This document shows positions 1 to 10,910 of a DNA stretch of 64,000 nucleotides, piece after piece. Both the position numbers and the translations under genes were made by a program. Numbering within the stretch: position 1 is the stretch's first letter; every line of letters begins with the position of its first letter. Source of the DNA: Sphyrna mokarran (lineage: Eukaryota); the NCBI GenBank assembly GCA_024679065.1, contig JAGIQG010000004.1:39494001-39558000 (forward strand), written 5' to 3'. The notes beneath the pieces are model-generated. The model saw only the letters and a program-made list of their open reading frames with translations. It did not search any database and was not told the origin of the DNA.

Positions 1-1720
1 ATAAAAAGCAATGCCCCTCCAAACTAAACCATTCCCTTCTCTTCCATATACTTATCAATTAACCTCTTAAACGCCACCAAACTTGGCGCATCTACAACAG
101 CTGCAGGCAGGGCATTCCACTCCCTAATCACTCTTTGAGTAAAGAACCTACCTCTGATATCCGTCCTATAACTCATACCCCTTAATTTAAAGCTGTGTCC
201 CCTCGTGCTAGCTTTCTCCATCCTAGGAAAAAGGCTATCACTGTCCACCCTATCTAAACCTCTAATCATCTTATATGCTTCAATAAGATCCCCTCTTAGC
301 CGCCTCCTTTCTAACGAAACAACCTCAAATCCCTCAGCCTCTCTTCATAAGACCTGCCCTCCATACCAGGCAACATCCTGGTAAACCTCCTCTGTACCCT
401 CTCCAATGCCTCCACATCTTTCTTATAATGTGGGGACCAGAACTGCACACAATACTCCAAGTGCGGCCGCACTAGAGTTTTGTACAGTTGCAACATGATG
501 CTGCGGCTCCTAAATTCAATCCCCCTACCAATAAAAGCTAAGACTCCATATGCCTTCTTAACAACTTTATCCACTTGACTGCCTACTTTCAGGGATCTAT
601 TGACACATACACCAAGATCCTTCTGTTCCTCAACACTATTAAGAGCCCTACCATTAGCCCTATACTCTACACATTTATTGTTCCTGCCAAAGTGCATTAC
701 CTCACACTTTTCCACATTAAACTCCATTTGCCACCTCTCGGCCCAGCTCTGCAACTTGTCCAAGTCACTCTGTAAACTAAAACACCCCTCTTCACTATCT
801 ACCACTCCACCAACTTTAGTGTCATCTGCAAATTTACTGATCCATCCCTCAATACCCTCATCCAGATCATTTATAAAAATTACAAACAGCAGGGGCCCCA
901 AAACAGACCCCTGAGGCACACCACTTGTCACCGAACTCCACGATGAATATCTCCCATCAACCACCACCCTCTGTCTTCTATCTGCCAGCCAATTCCTAAT
1001 CCAATTAGCTAAATCACCCTCTATTCCACACATCTGCATTTTCTGTAGAAGTCTTCCATGGGCCACCTTATCAAACGCCTTACTAAAGTCCATATATACT
1101 ACATCAACCGCCTTACCCCCATCTACCTCTCTGGTCACTTTCTCAAAAAACTCAATGAGGTTAGTAAGGCATGACCTACCCTTCACGAAACCATGCTGAC
1201 TATCCCCAATCAATTCATTTCTCTCTAAATAACTATAAATCCTATCCCTAATAATTCTCTCCAATACCTTGCCCACAACAGAAGTAAGACTCACTGGCCT
1301 ATAATTCCCTGGAAGGTCTCTCTTCCCCTTCTTAAACAATGGGACCACATTCGCTATCCTCCAGTCCTCCGGAACCACACCCGTAACCAACGAGGACCTG
1401 AAGATCAGAGCCAGAGGCTCTGCAATCTCCTCTCTTGCCTCCCAGAGAATCCTAGGGTAAATCCCGTCCGGCCCAGGGGACTTATCCAACTTCAAACCCT
1501 CGAGAATTTCTAACACATCCTCCCTATCTACTACAATACTTCCCAATTTGCAACCCTGTACCTCAGTGTTCTCCATAGCTACATTTCCAGCACTCTGCGT
1601 GAATACCGAAGAGAAATATTTATTCAGTGCCTCACCAATCTCTTCAGGCTCCACGCACAACTTCCCACTGCTGTCTATGACTGGCCCAACATTTGGGCCA
1701 CTGCTGTCTATGACTGGCCC
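1..1720 (-). mobile_element. 5'-truncated CR1-clade LINE (HER1-like), young copy; 3' UTR runs off the window start
   Basis: ORF 311-1732 has KSPGPDGI, NYRPVSLTS, QHGF, DFSKAFD, GVPQGSVLGP and FADD reverse-transcriptase motifs. ORF 24-269 gives the CR1 C-terminus (TRGHSFKL, FFTQRV, WNALP). Confidence 0.97.
24..1720 (-). pseudogene. CR1 ORF2 reverse transcriptase domain plus C-terminus, without endonuclease, with one frameshift near 317
   Basis: About 470 open codons. Restoring one T in TTGTTT(T)CGTTAGAAAGG gives the expected LFSLERRRLRGDL and joins ORF 24-269. Confidence 0.9.
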
Positions 1721-2286
1721 CATACATTTCATGTATGATCATTCTGCAACTGTTGAAACTGATCATCAGCCACTCAGCTATTTTAAAGAAACCTCTTCAC
1801 ATTGCATCTGTGCAAATTAACCATACAGGATGGACTGATACTGCATGGCCAGCAATTTGTCATTCCTACTTTTTTTCCAGAGGTATTACACACAGCAACT
1901 TCACCACAGTCATCCTGGATTGGAAGCAACCAGATACAGGGAATATGAATCACTAAACTGGCCCTTCATGTATGCCAATGTGGTGAGAAAGTCTCCAAAT
2001 GTGTACCATGCAATGCACTCGAACTATATCAAACAAAAGAACTGCTGCACCTACATGAGGCCCTGAACTTGCCATGGTCGTTCACAGCAGCTGACATTTT
2101 CGAATGGGATGGTAGACAGCATTTGGTTTTAGTTGACTCGTGTTCCAGCTGATTTGAATTTAACATGATGACAAACAGTTACCATCAAGCCTGAAGAGTT
2201 ATTTTGCCACACACGGTATCCATCAGAGACTCATGACAGAGATTGCTTACCAATTCATCTCGACCAAATTTGAAAACTAGATCTTT

Positions 2287-3118
2287 GAACATAGAAGCAC
2301 AGAACTGATATAGCGTAGAATGGGGCCATTTGAGCCATCTTGTTTATGCTGACCCAAAGAAACTCAAATGCTCTTTCTAATCTCATTTTCCTGCAACTTA
2401 CAACATTTAAAGAGCAGTTCCAGATACTTATTAAACAAGTTTAAGGTCTTTGCCTCCATCCCCCCCATGCAGGCAGAAAATTCCAGATAGTGACCACCTT
2501 CTGCATTAAAAAAATTTTTCCTCACACCCCCTCCTAATCCTTTTGTGTTTTAACTTCAATCTGTGTCCCCTCGTTCTAAAATTCTCCGTCAAGGGAAACA
2601 ATTTTATCCTGTACTCTATCTTTTCCGCTCATAATTTTGTACACCTCTCTCAAATCAACCCTTGGCCTTCTCTCTTCATCGGAAAACAACCCCAACTGCT
2701 ATGGTTCTGTAGCCCTGGCAACATTCTAACAAATCTTCTCTGCTTTTCTCCAGAGCAATTGCATCCTTCCTTAATGTGGTGATCAAATAATACTCACATA
2801 ATACTCCTGCTGTGGCGTCACTAGTGTCTTAAACAGTTTCATCATTATATTCTTACTTTAGAATTCTGTATCTCTTCCAGTGAATGAAAGCACTCTGCCA
2901 TGTGCTTTCTTTACCACCACATCTACCTGTATTATACCTTTTAGAAAGCTGTGCATTTACACGCCAAGATCTCTCATTTCCTCTGTTCCTGTTAGTATAT
3001 TCCTATTCATTGTGTATTTATTCCCTTTTATTATTTGTTCCATAAATGCATTACTGCCCACTTGTCAGAGTTGAACTCCATCTGTTACTTTCCTGTCCAC
3101 TCCTCCAATCCATCTATT
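2287..3118 (-). mobile_element. Older CR1 LINE 3' fragment inserted in the Gypsy integrase
   Basis: Reverse-strand similarity to the CR1 at 1-1720 (e.g. ttgaactccatctg, tactcctgctgtggc, aatctgtgtcccctcg). The Gypsy reading resumes exactly across it (..IFEH / TSGH..). Confidence 0.85.
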
Positions 3119-4077
3119 TCACAAGTGGCCACCTATACCCACAGTCCAGTGGCTCAGCAGAATGGAGGATGCATTCAGCTAAGAATCACTTAGCAAAGTT
3201 TGCTCAGGATCACACTCCTTAGCCTGCAAAAAATGCCATGTCAGGGTCAGCCTTTGTCAGCACAGCAACTATCCTCCAGGCATACCAGGACTACAATTTC
3301 TATTGCTAAGCTTGTTTGCAGCCCAAACTCAAAACCATTGAGTGGTGCACTCATGGGATACCAGTTATGAGGGAAGCTGTACTGTGATCACATTCCTCAG
3401 GCTTGGTCCTCTAATTCTTGGTCAAACAATTAGGTTTCAGACCACACATGACCATGACAAGTTGGCAGTGATGCACAACCTTGCTCTGCAGTCAAAAATT
3501 AATATGGTAACCATGGACGATACCTACTGTGAATTAAACTGACATCACCTATTACAGGCATCAGGAGAAACCACAGTACTCTGGTCATTCAGCTGACAAC
3601 ACAGGCCAAGTGCCTAGGTGCAGTGTCATACATTTCAGATGGAATGGAAGTGGGGCCCCTCCAGAAATGTACACAACACTATCTGCACCCATTGGGCATA
3701 TCAGTAGAGTGCCCCAGGTCATCCACACTGAGGGTGCGAACCTGAAAACATCTGGAGCACAGACAACTGATAAAATTACATGCTGAGTGCATAGGACCAT
3801 GTCAAATTCGAGTGCCAAGACTATGTAATGAACTAGTCTGCAAGTGGCCTTTGCCTGCCTTCTTTTAAACAATAAAAGGGGGTGGGGGTGGGGGAGAAGA
3901 GAGGCAATAGGCTATGTACCAGCTGCAAACACTCAAACCACGTCTCACCTAATGTAAATAGTCATGTATTGTTGACCTGTTCAATCCGTATGTTATATAA
4001 TGATTTGTACACATTTAATGTTTGCACACAGTATAATATCTCAGTATCACTGGCTATTCCAAATTAAACTGGGAAGG

Positions 4078-4252
4078 TGTAGACCAAGTGATCACATGAT
4101 GATGACGTGATGACACAGTTACCGAAGAAGAGAGGACTTCTCCCTAGAACACAGGTAGAGTCCAAGTGGGTAATGGCTGCTTGGTTAGTGAATTAACTAC
4201 TGTTTGTTATAAATCCTTGGTTGCCAGTCTTTGGGAACCCAGAACTTTTACA
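4078..4252 (+). repeat. Putative 3' LTR of the Gypsy element
   Basis: Purine tract GGGAAGG directly followed by TGT at 4078; ends TTACA at 4252. The partner LTR is not in the window. Confidence 0.5.
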
Positions 4253-4845
4253 ATACTGATGCTTATTTACCTGTTGTCCGCATAAGCACAACTATGGTAA
4301 TTTTAACACAGTGGCACATATCTGATGCATTATAAAAATGTTAAATTGTGAAGGCAATGCTTTATCAGTGCTTGTTTCACTTTGAAGTGTGTTCACCATG
4401 AACAGGGATTTCAGTGTAATTTGCTCACTTGTGCTGTAATTCGCACAGCCCTGGTGTAATGAGTCTACGTTCTTAAATTTCCAACGTACTTACATCACAG
4501 AAACCAATCGTCTGATTTCAGAATTATTTGTCTCTGTACGTGGAAAAACAATAATTGAATCATAATAAAAAAAGTAAGCATGCATAATTCACAGGTATAC
4601 AGAGAAAGCTCTAATAATCTAATTTGGTTTAAATCTTTAATAGGCTGTCTCTGTAGCTTGGAATCACCAAATCCTCAATTTAAATTTTTTTTCGAAGTAG
4701 ACAGAACTAAACCCTGGGTGTGTCGAGATGAACTGTTCCACCAATCCAACAATGTTCTTGAAATAAAAGAACTGGATCGGCTGTAATCTTCAACTAAGTC
4801 ACTGCTAGTTTGCTGCCAACCACACATTTTTTGCAGCTGTGTTGT

Positions 4846-5552
4846 TAAACTGCTCCTGCAAACAGCCTAATGCAACTCTCAAGTATAAACAGATTTCAAA
4901 CAGTTTACCTCAGAAATTCATTTTTCTGTGCCAGGTTATACTGCTCCTCCAACACTGCTCATGTAATGTTATTTACGCGGGATTCTTTTTGAATGCAAAA
5001 TTTAGTCGTGTTAAAGAACGACTATTGTCATAAGAGTCACTTTTTTTCAACCAGGTTTGAGGGCAGAAGAGTTTGCAAGAGACAGATACTAGCATGATAA
5101 TATAATGTATTGTTAATCAAAGCCTATCACTATAAATTTTAACAAATGTGACAATGCAACACAAAATTCTGCTATGAAATCTACAATGTTACATGCAGCA
5201 TTAACTTGCACCAATTTGGGAGCCATTTTGTGTTCAATACAGCAACTTGTCTTTATATGGTGATAATGCACTGTTAAAAGAAAATGTAGGTAACTGAACT
5301 ACACTGCTCTCTCATTTGGATTCATTGTACAAAGTATTTTACGTGTGTCACTTTTTCTCTCTTTGACAGCAGTGGTTCTTTAACGCTGCTAAATTTTACA
5401 TTAAAAAAAACTTTATAAATAACATTACAAGACCACAGTAGTTGGAGGAGCAGTAAAATCTGGCACAGAATAACGCTTTTGTGAGGTAAGATATCAAACT
5501 GAAATCTGCTAATACTTGAAAGTTGCATTACGTTGTTTGCAGGAACAGTTTA
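4846..5552. repeat. Long imperfect inverted repeat (~190-bp arms, ~320-bp spacer), probable old non-autonomous DNA transposon
   Basis: 4846-5036 aligns with the reverse complement of 5357-5552. The chance ORFs 4839+ and 5322- share LCQ.ILLL.. SCNVIY and KFS.VKE.LLS for this reason. Confidence 0.8.
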
Positions 5553-6639
5553 GAAGTAGGAGCAGTTTACTAATGTTCTGTTCATTTTTATTTAAACACT
5601 GGATTATAAATCCAATGGAACTGTTTGCTGAATTAAGAAATAGGGATACGGCAGCATTGTGGAATATTGCCTACCATTTCTACTGATACCCTACTTCTGC
5701 TTTCGTTGTGAAGTGCAATGGTTGGAAGAGCAGTGAAATCTGATCCAGATACTAATACAAAAAGGATAAGATTTAAAATATTTCAATACCCTGTGTGCCT
5801 GAGTGCAGTGTCATACATTTCACAATAATGATTTTAAAATAGATGGAATTTTAACAATGTAACTGAATAAAGGGTCTAGCAAGCATCAAAGAAAATAGTT
5901 TCTGAAAGTCCTCAGTCGAATTTTGAGAGCCCTGAAGCAAGGAGCTGTACATTTTTGAAAATTATTATGTTTCAGATAATGTAGAAATACCTATCTGATG
6001 CATCCATTCACAAGCAGAGGTATTGAAATCAGATTCACCAACATCTGATCATTGCGGATTCGTTTTGTAGCTGATTTTAAGCTTTAGTAAAATCTAGTCA
6101 GTAGAACGAATGCACTGACACTGTTAATAGTGCACTTCAATTCATAAAATTATGCATTTGAAATTTATTCACGGTTAAATCTCAGATTTAAAATAAACCA
6201 TAGAAAAACTGTTGACACGAATCCATGTTCAAAATGAAGGTGGGTCACAGGTAGAAAGTCTTTTGTGTTTGAATGTAATTTTACATACAGAATTTGTTTG
6301 GAAGAGGCAATTTTTGCGGCTGAGGCAAGTTGGGGGGGTGGGATGATGGTGGGGGGGAGGATTGGCGGTAGTGAATGTACTTGTTAAGGCAAGGGATTCT
6401 GATTGCAGCTAATATGGGTACTTAATGTAGGCATCAATCCATTCAAGCCTGGTACAGCATATAAAATAAAACGCATTTTGTTTTACCTTAATCAAATATC
6501 AGAATTGAATCCTAACCTTGTGTGACATTTTCTCAGCTATCCTGACGTTGCTAACCAAATCGTTAGTAGACTATAGTCACTAGTAATTAGGCATATTATT
6601 GACTTCCAGGCCAGGACACCCAGAAATTGTTTACTCTCT

Positions 6640-6835
6640 TTCCTGCAATCAACATCACAAAAACAGATTTTCTTGTTATCATTCACATTGCTGTTTGTGG
6701 GAGTTTGCTGCATGCAAGTTAGTTGCTGTGATTCCTGTATTACAACAGTGGCTACACTTCAGTAATACTTCATTTAACTGTAAAGTACTTGGAGATGTCC
6801 AGTGCATGTGAAAAGTGCTATATAAATGCAGGCTT
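6640..6835 (+). mobile_element. DeuSINE (SacSINE1/AmnSINE1-like) 3' portion
   Basis: cattgctgtttgtgggagtttgctg...tacaacagtggctacacttca...gtgaaaagtgctatataaatgca matches the recalled Deu-domain and tail. Confidence 0.75.
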
Positions 6836-7134
6836 TTTTTTCTAATTTCAGGTTTGTAAAGAAGAGACTAAGAATTTAAGAAATTGCATGCGTCTCCACT
6901 TATCTATATCATGTGTGGGGATACCTACAGGAATCAAAGTCCCATTATTCTACTTAATTGTACTGTATAGGGGTTCATGGAGTCATCTGAAAAGTGGCCC
7001 ATTAAGACATAGCAGAAATCATTATGAATAGAGTTTCAAACAAGTATTAAATAATGGGACGTTGGGGCACTAGTATCGGAACCATACTCGTAAAAATCTA
7101 ATTTCAGATAAGATTCTTACAATCAAGCAAGAAG

Positions 7135-7215
7135 ATGCTCTCATCCCATTAATCAGGGCTGAATTTGAACCCAGGCTAAAGGGTAAAAAGGGCATTGCGC
7201 TAACCCAAAATGCTA
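7135..7215 (-). mobile_element. tRNA-derived SINE head fragment
   Basis: Minus strand reads gggttagcgca...cctgggttcaaattcagccc (A-box and B-box like). Confidence 0.45.
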
Positions 7216-9122
7216 CTGAATTTCAGGGCCTTGGGTAATTTTGTATATTTAAATCAGATCCTTATTACTTTGGAGCAGCTAGGTTGCGGCAGGGGGCAGG
7301 CAAAAATAATTTCACCTTGCAATGAAAATAATAGGATTCTAAGTTCGTTTGTGACAGTCATTTTGGTTTAAAAAAGGGGGATATTTTGAAGTATCTCACC
7401 TAAGGGATGTCAGGATGCGTTGGTCTTTTTTTTGTGGTGCTATTTTACGGTGTAAAACCAGAGCAGTCACTGCAGAGTTCTCTTATCATTCCTTGGTGTT
7501 TTGATCAGGGAAGGCTGCTTGAGCATTCTTGCTTTTAGAGATTCAAGTTAACTAATATTTTTTGTTTTTTTTCCAAACCTAAATGTTAGTTATTCATCAG
7601 TAGTTACTGTGAAATTAAGGAGACTGTGCATTTATTCAGGGCTCAAAACTAATGCTGATGAACAGGAAAATTTGTTATTTTACTTTTGTGCTTGGCATTC
7701 AGGCTCTGGTTTGCAAGCAAGATTTTCATTCCAGTGCACTACTATCTCATTAATTAGACTTGCACGAAACTCTGGTCTTTATGGTTTCTTATGTGACTTA
7801 GTTTCATCCTTTTTTTCCAGAAGCCTCTGTTAGCAGACCCTTCAAGGACCTCTGAGCATCTTCATTTTCATCCTCCAGATGATTGCAGATTTCAAGTGCA
7901 AGTGTTAGTAGGTTTTCCTGGTTTGGAGGCCAGTGTTAGACTGTGTGTTGACCCCTTACTGATCGATCTTTAAGTAGTGATTATTTTCCGCTAATGTGGC
8001 AACTATAGCTCGGAGTATTATTTTGTCAGCTGTAGTGTGGCAGGGAGCTTATATATTTACAATATTGAAGGTTACAGGGAAACTCGGCAAAATAGACTAA
8101 TATAGTTCTCATTTTCACAGGCAATAATTTCCCATGTTAAATCCAAATGCTGAATAGAAAAATCTATCCTATAAACCATCTCCCTTTCCAATTCCTTGAA
8201 CTGCAAGCATCGTTGCCAGTATTTTCCCTTTACTCATGGGCAGATCTGAGGTGACCCTCAAAGGGCTGCCATGGTAATTTTTCTCTCAGCGAAGTTGTTC
8301 GTTTGATTGTTAAGGATTAATAAATGTGTGTTTACTGAAAATTTCTCACAATGTGAAATATTTTTATGATCATTCGTAGCATAAAGGGAATTTTTCAGTT
8401 TCACATTTCATTTCTTTGTTTGGAGCTTTTCTTAACGTGCACTCAAACAGCACAAAATGATAGCATATGTGATAAATTCAAGGCCTGGAATATGCAGCAG
8501 TGAGCAATGTGGCTCCAAAACAGAGTTATGTGTTTCCAAGCTTTTCTGTTCTAATACTATTCAAAAATTGGAACTCCCTTCCACTTATTTTGGTTATGCG
8601 AATGTTCCGTGGGCAAGCCACATAGGAGATGATGCCCATCATAATATTCAGTAAAAACACACAAAAATTAACACAATGTCTTCAGTAGCTGCTGTATGAT
8701 TTTTCCCTAAACCTTTCTGCAAGGCAATATGTGAACGATTATTTAAAACTGCTCAATTTTTAAAAAAATGAATATTCATACACAAATGGCAATTGTATAT
8801 TTGAGTTTCTTTTTAAACTTGTAACAACATGTTCCTATGGATAAAATTAAATAATTTTATGAGAGATGTTGATATTATTCCAGAGGCACCTAATCAACAA
8901 GACCCATGATTGCTCGTGTGTGTGTGTGTTATGTGGGGGTGGGGTGATGGTATTTGTTGCATTTTCACATGTACTTGCCAAGATTGACTGTGACTTGTAC
9001 ACCATAAAAAAGAATTTTTGCCCAGAACTGAATATTTTGCTTGTTTTTGTTGAACACATCGTATATGCCACACGTTCATTGGAATGTACAAGGATCATTG
9101 TTTATAAAACTGCAGCTATAAC

Positions 9123-9250
9123 TAATATGAAGCACAGGAATAGGAGGGAGTCTCTCAAACCCATTTCACCATTCAGTTTCATCATACCTGATCTGTACTT
9201 TATTCCATTTACACATCATTAATGCATAGCCATTGATACACTTGCAAACA
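9123..9250 (-). mobile_element. CR1 3'-tail fragment
   Basis: Resembles the CR1 tail at 35317-35450 (caccattcagtt..atcat..ctgatc). Confidence 0.5.
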
Positions 9251-9349
9251 AATTTTGGCAGTGTGACTTAAACTGGCAAGATATTTACCATAATCAATAA
9301 TAGGAGATAGCTTACAAAATTGGATCTTAAGAATAGTGATATGAGTTTT

Positions 9350-9546
9350 AAAATCTTAAAAACAAGTGTTGGAAATGCATGTTTTTCAGCATCTCTGAAA
9401 ATAGTAAGAAAATGGTTTACGCTTTCAACACATTAACTCTTTGTTAATCTACCTCAAGAGACTACTCCCAGAATGTTAAGCTGAATGTATTCTTTGCTAA
9501 TGAGTGAATTTGGTGTGTATTTATTTCAGACTTTCAATATTTGCAA
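9350..9546. mobile_element. Decayed copy of the palindromic element seen at 30362
   Basis: tgttggaaat..cagcatctctgaaa at the left and atttcagactttcaatatttgca at the right parallel the 30362-30560 element. Confidence 0.5.
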
Positions 9547-9662
9547 CCTTTTTCTTAATATTGAGCTCTTTCTATTTAGAACATTTAAGTACAGGTTATT
9601 GAGACTAATGATGATACTGTACAAGTTTGCTTTGTGTTTATGGGTAATATTCAGCTTTATGC

Positions 9663-9930
9663 AGGGGCAGCACAGTGGTTGGCATTGCTACCTCACAGTG
9701 CCAGGAACCTGGGTTTGATTCCCAGCTTGGGAACTGTCTGTGTGGAGTTTGCACATTCTCCATGTGTCTGCGTGGATTTCCTCGCACTGTCTGAAGGACG
9801 TGCTGGTTAGGTGCATTGGCCATTCTAAGTTCTCCCTCAGTGTACCTAGAGTGTGGCGACTAGAGGATTTTCACAGTAACTTCATTGCAGTGTGAATGTA
9901 AGCCTACTTAGGACTAATAAATAAACTTTA
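9663..9930 (+). mobile_element. tRNA-headed V-SINE (HE1-like) with a non-CR1 tail, ending ~80 bp upstream of FTO exon 7
   Basis: Head cacagtggttggcattgctacctcacagtgccagg..gggtttgattccc; V-domain gtctgtgtggagtttgcacattctcc; tail gattttcacagtaacttcattgcagtgtgaatgtaagcctact..aataaataaact. Confidence 0.9.
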
Positions 9931-10009
9931 CTTTTAATACTTATCAACAGTATTGCCCAAGTGATTGGAGATCTTTTCTTTCAAATGGAACTCTACTTTC
10001 TTGTCACAG

Positions 10010-10129
10010 GTAGAATTTGAGTGGTTGCGACAATTCTGGTTTCAAGGAAAACGGTCTGCAAAGGCGAGCGATTGGTGGTTTGGACCAATGGCAGTGCTGG
10101 AGAACTCTTGGCGAAAGATGGAGCAAATG
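10010..10129 (+). CDS. FTO: FTO alpha-ketoglutarate-dependent RNA demethylase, internal exon (human exon 7 equivalent), C-terminal domain
   Basis: 120 nt, phase 0/0, flanked by ttgtcacAG and GTatgt. Translates [40 protein letters not shown]; recalled human sequence is [40 protein letters not shown]. Confidence 0.97.
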
Positions 10130-10517
10130 GTATGTAAATCATTGCATCTTACTGGGTCCAACTGTGTATTAATGAATGATGCCTTGTTAATATAAATGTG
10201 CTCCTCCCTCTATAATTCTACTTGAAATAAAATTGCAGTTTGTGGTTCAGATTAATGTCTGACAGCGATGGATTATTTCTGTCGTTAAAATGATAAAAAA
10301 TACACTGAACGTGGAGTTAAGTATAGCAGTGGAAGAATAAAGCCTTTTTGGAAGCCTTTATTAAGCAGTTGATACAAAACCATGTGACACTAATATGAAG
10401 CAGGCTGGCGCCAACAGCTCTCCTTGGATAATGTTTATTAGTAATCACGTGGATGAAAAATCTCAGATGAAGGCAATTTATGATCCTAATTTAATTCACA
10501 CAAACTTTAATTTATGA

Positions 10518-10805
10518 TCACTCCTGTTTTCACTGACCTACATTGGCTTACAGTTATGTAACACCTCAATCCCCTCCACATCTGTTTAATTTTCTGCAGT
10601 GAAGGAATCCTCTGAGATATTTGTGCTCCTCTAATTCTGGAATCTTAAGCATTCCTGATTTTAATTGTTATGATATTGGTGGTCATTTCTTCAGCTGGCA
10701 ATGTCTTCAGCTCTGGAATTCCCTTCCTTCATCTCCTTCCGTCTACCTTTTTTCCCAACTTAAGACATTCCTTAAAACTTGCCTCTTTGACGAAACTATT
10801 TGACC
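10518..10805 (+). mobile_element. L2-clade LINE 3' fragment
   Basis: ITPVFTDLHWLTV, GGHFFS..LWNSLP and LKTFLKTCLFD, typical of the L2 ORF2 C-terminus. Confidence 0.75.
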
Positions 10806-10841
10806 AACACTCCTATGAAGCATGTCAGGACATTTTATTAC

Positions 10842-10910
10842 GTTACGAGGGATTTTCACAGTAACTTTGTTGTGTTAGTATAAGCCTACTTGTGACATTA
10901 ATGGATAAAA
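10842..10910 (+). mobile_element. Isolated SINE/LINE 3' tail, same as 9850-9930
   Basis: gggattttcacagtaactttgttgtgttagtataagcctacttgtgaca. Confidence 0.75.

Larger units (their letters stand above)
1721..4252 (+). mobile_element. Degenerate Gypsy/Ty3 LTR retrotransposon, 3' half (RNase H, integrase, 3' LTR), interrupted by a CR1
   Basis: Frame-hopping motifs: VETDHQPL (~1750), LHHSHPG..T..R..WP (~1895-1965), PW..AADIFEWDGRQHLVLVD (~2072-2140), LKSYFATHGI (~2190), and TSGHLYPQSSGSAE (~3121), which corresponds to TSSPxYPQSNGxAE. Confidence 0.88.

Noticed and set aside
575-914. Plus-strand ORFs over the CR1, and the many other 60-150 aa ORFs in the track
   Set aside because: They are antisense shadows of repeats or chance ORFs without recognisable domains or splice support.
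5900-5960. Possible FTO exon 6 (LKQG motif)
   Set aside because: Only four residues match; there is no GTLDYI motif, a stop follows, and no suitable splice sites are present. Exon 6 is probably upstream of the window.
9965-10195. 76-aa ORF as a standalone gene
   Set aside because: Only 10010-10129 is coding; the flanks are intron read-through past canonical splice sites.
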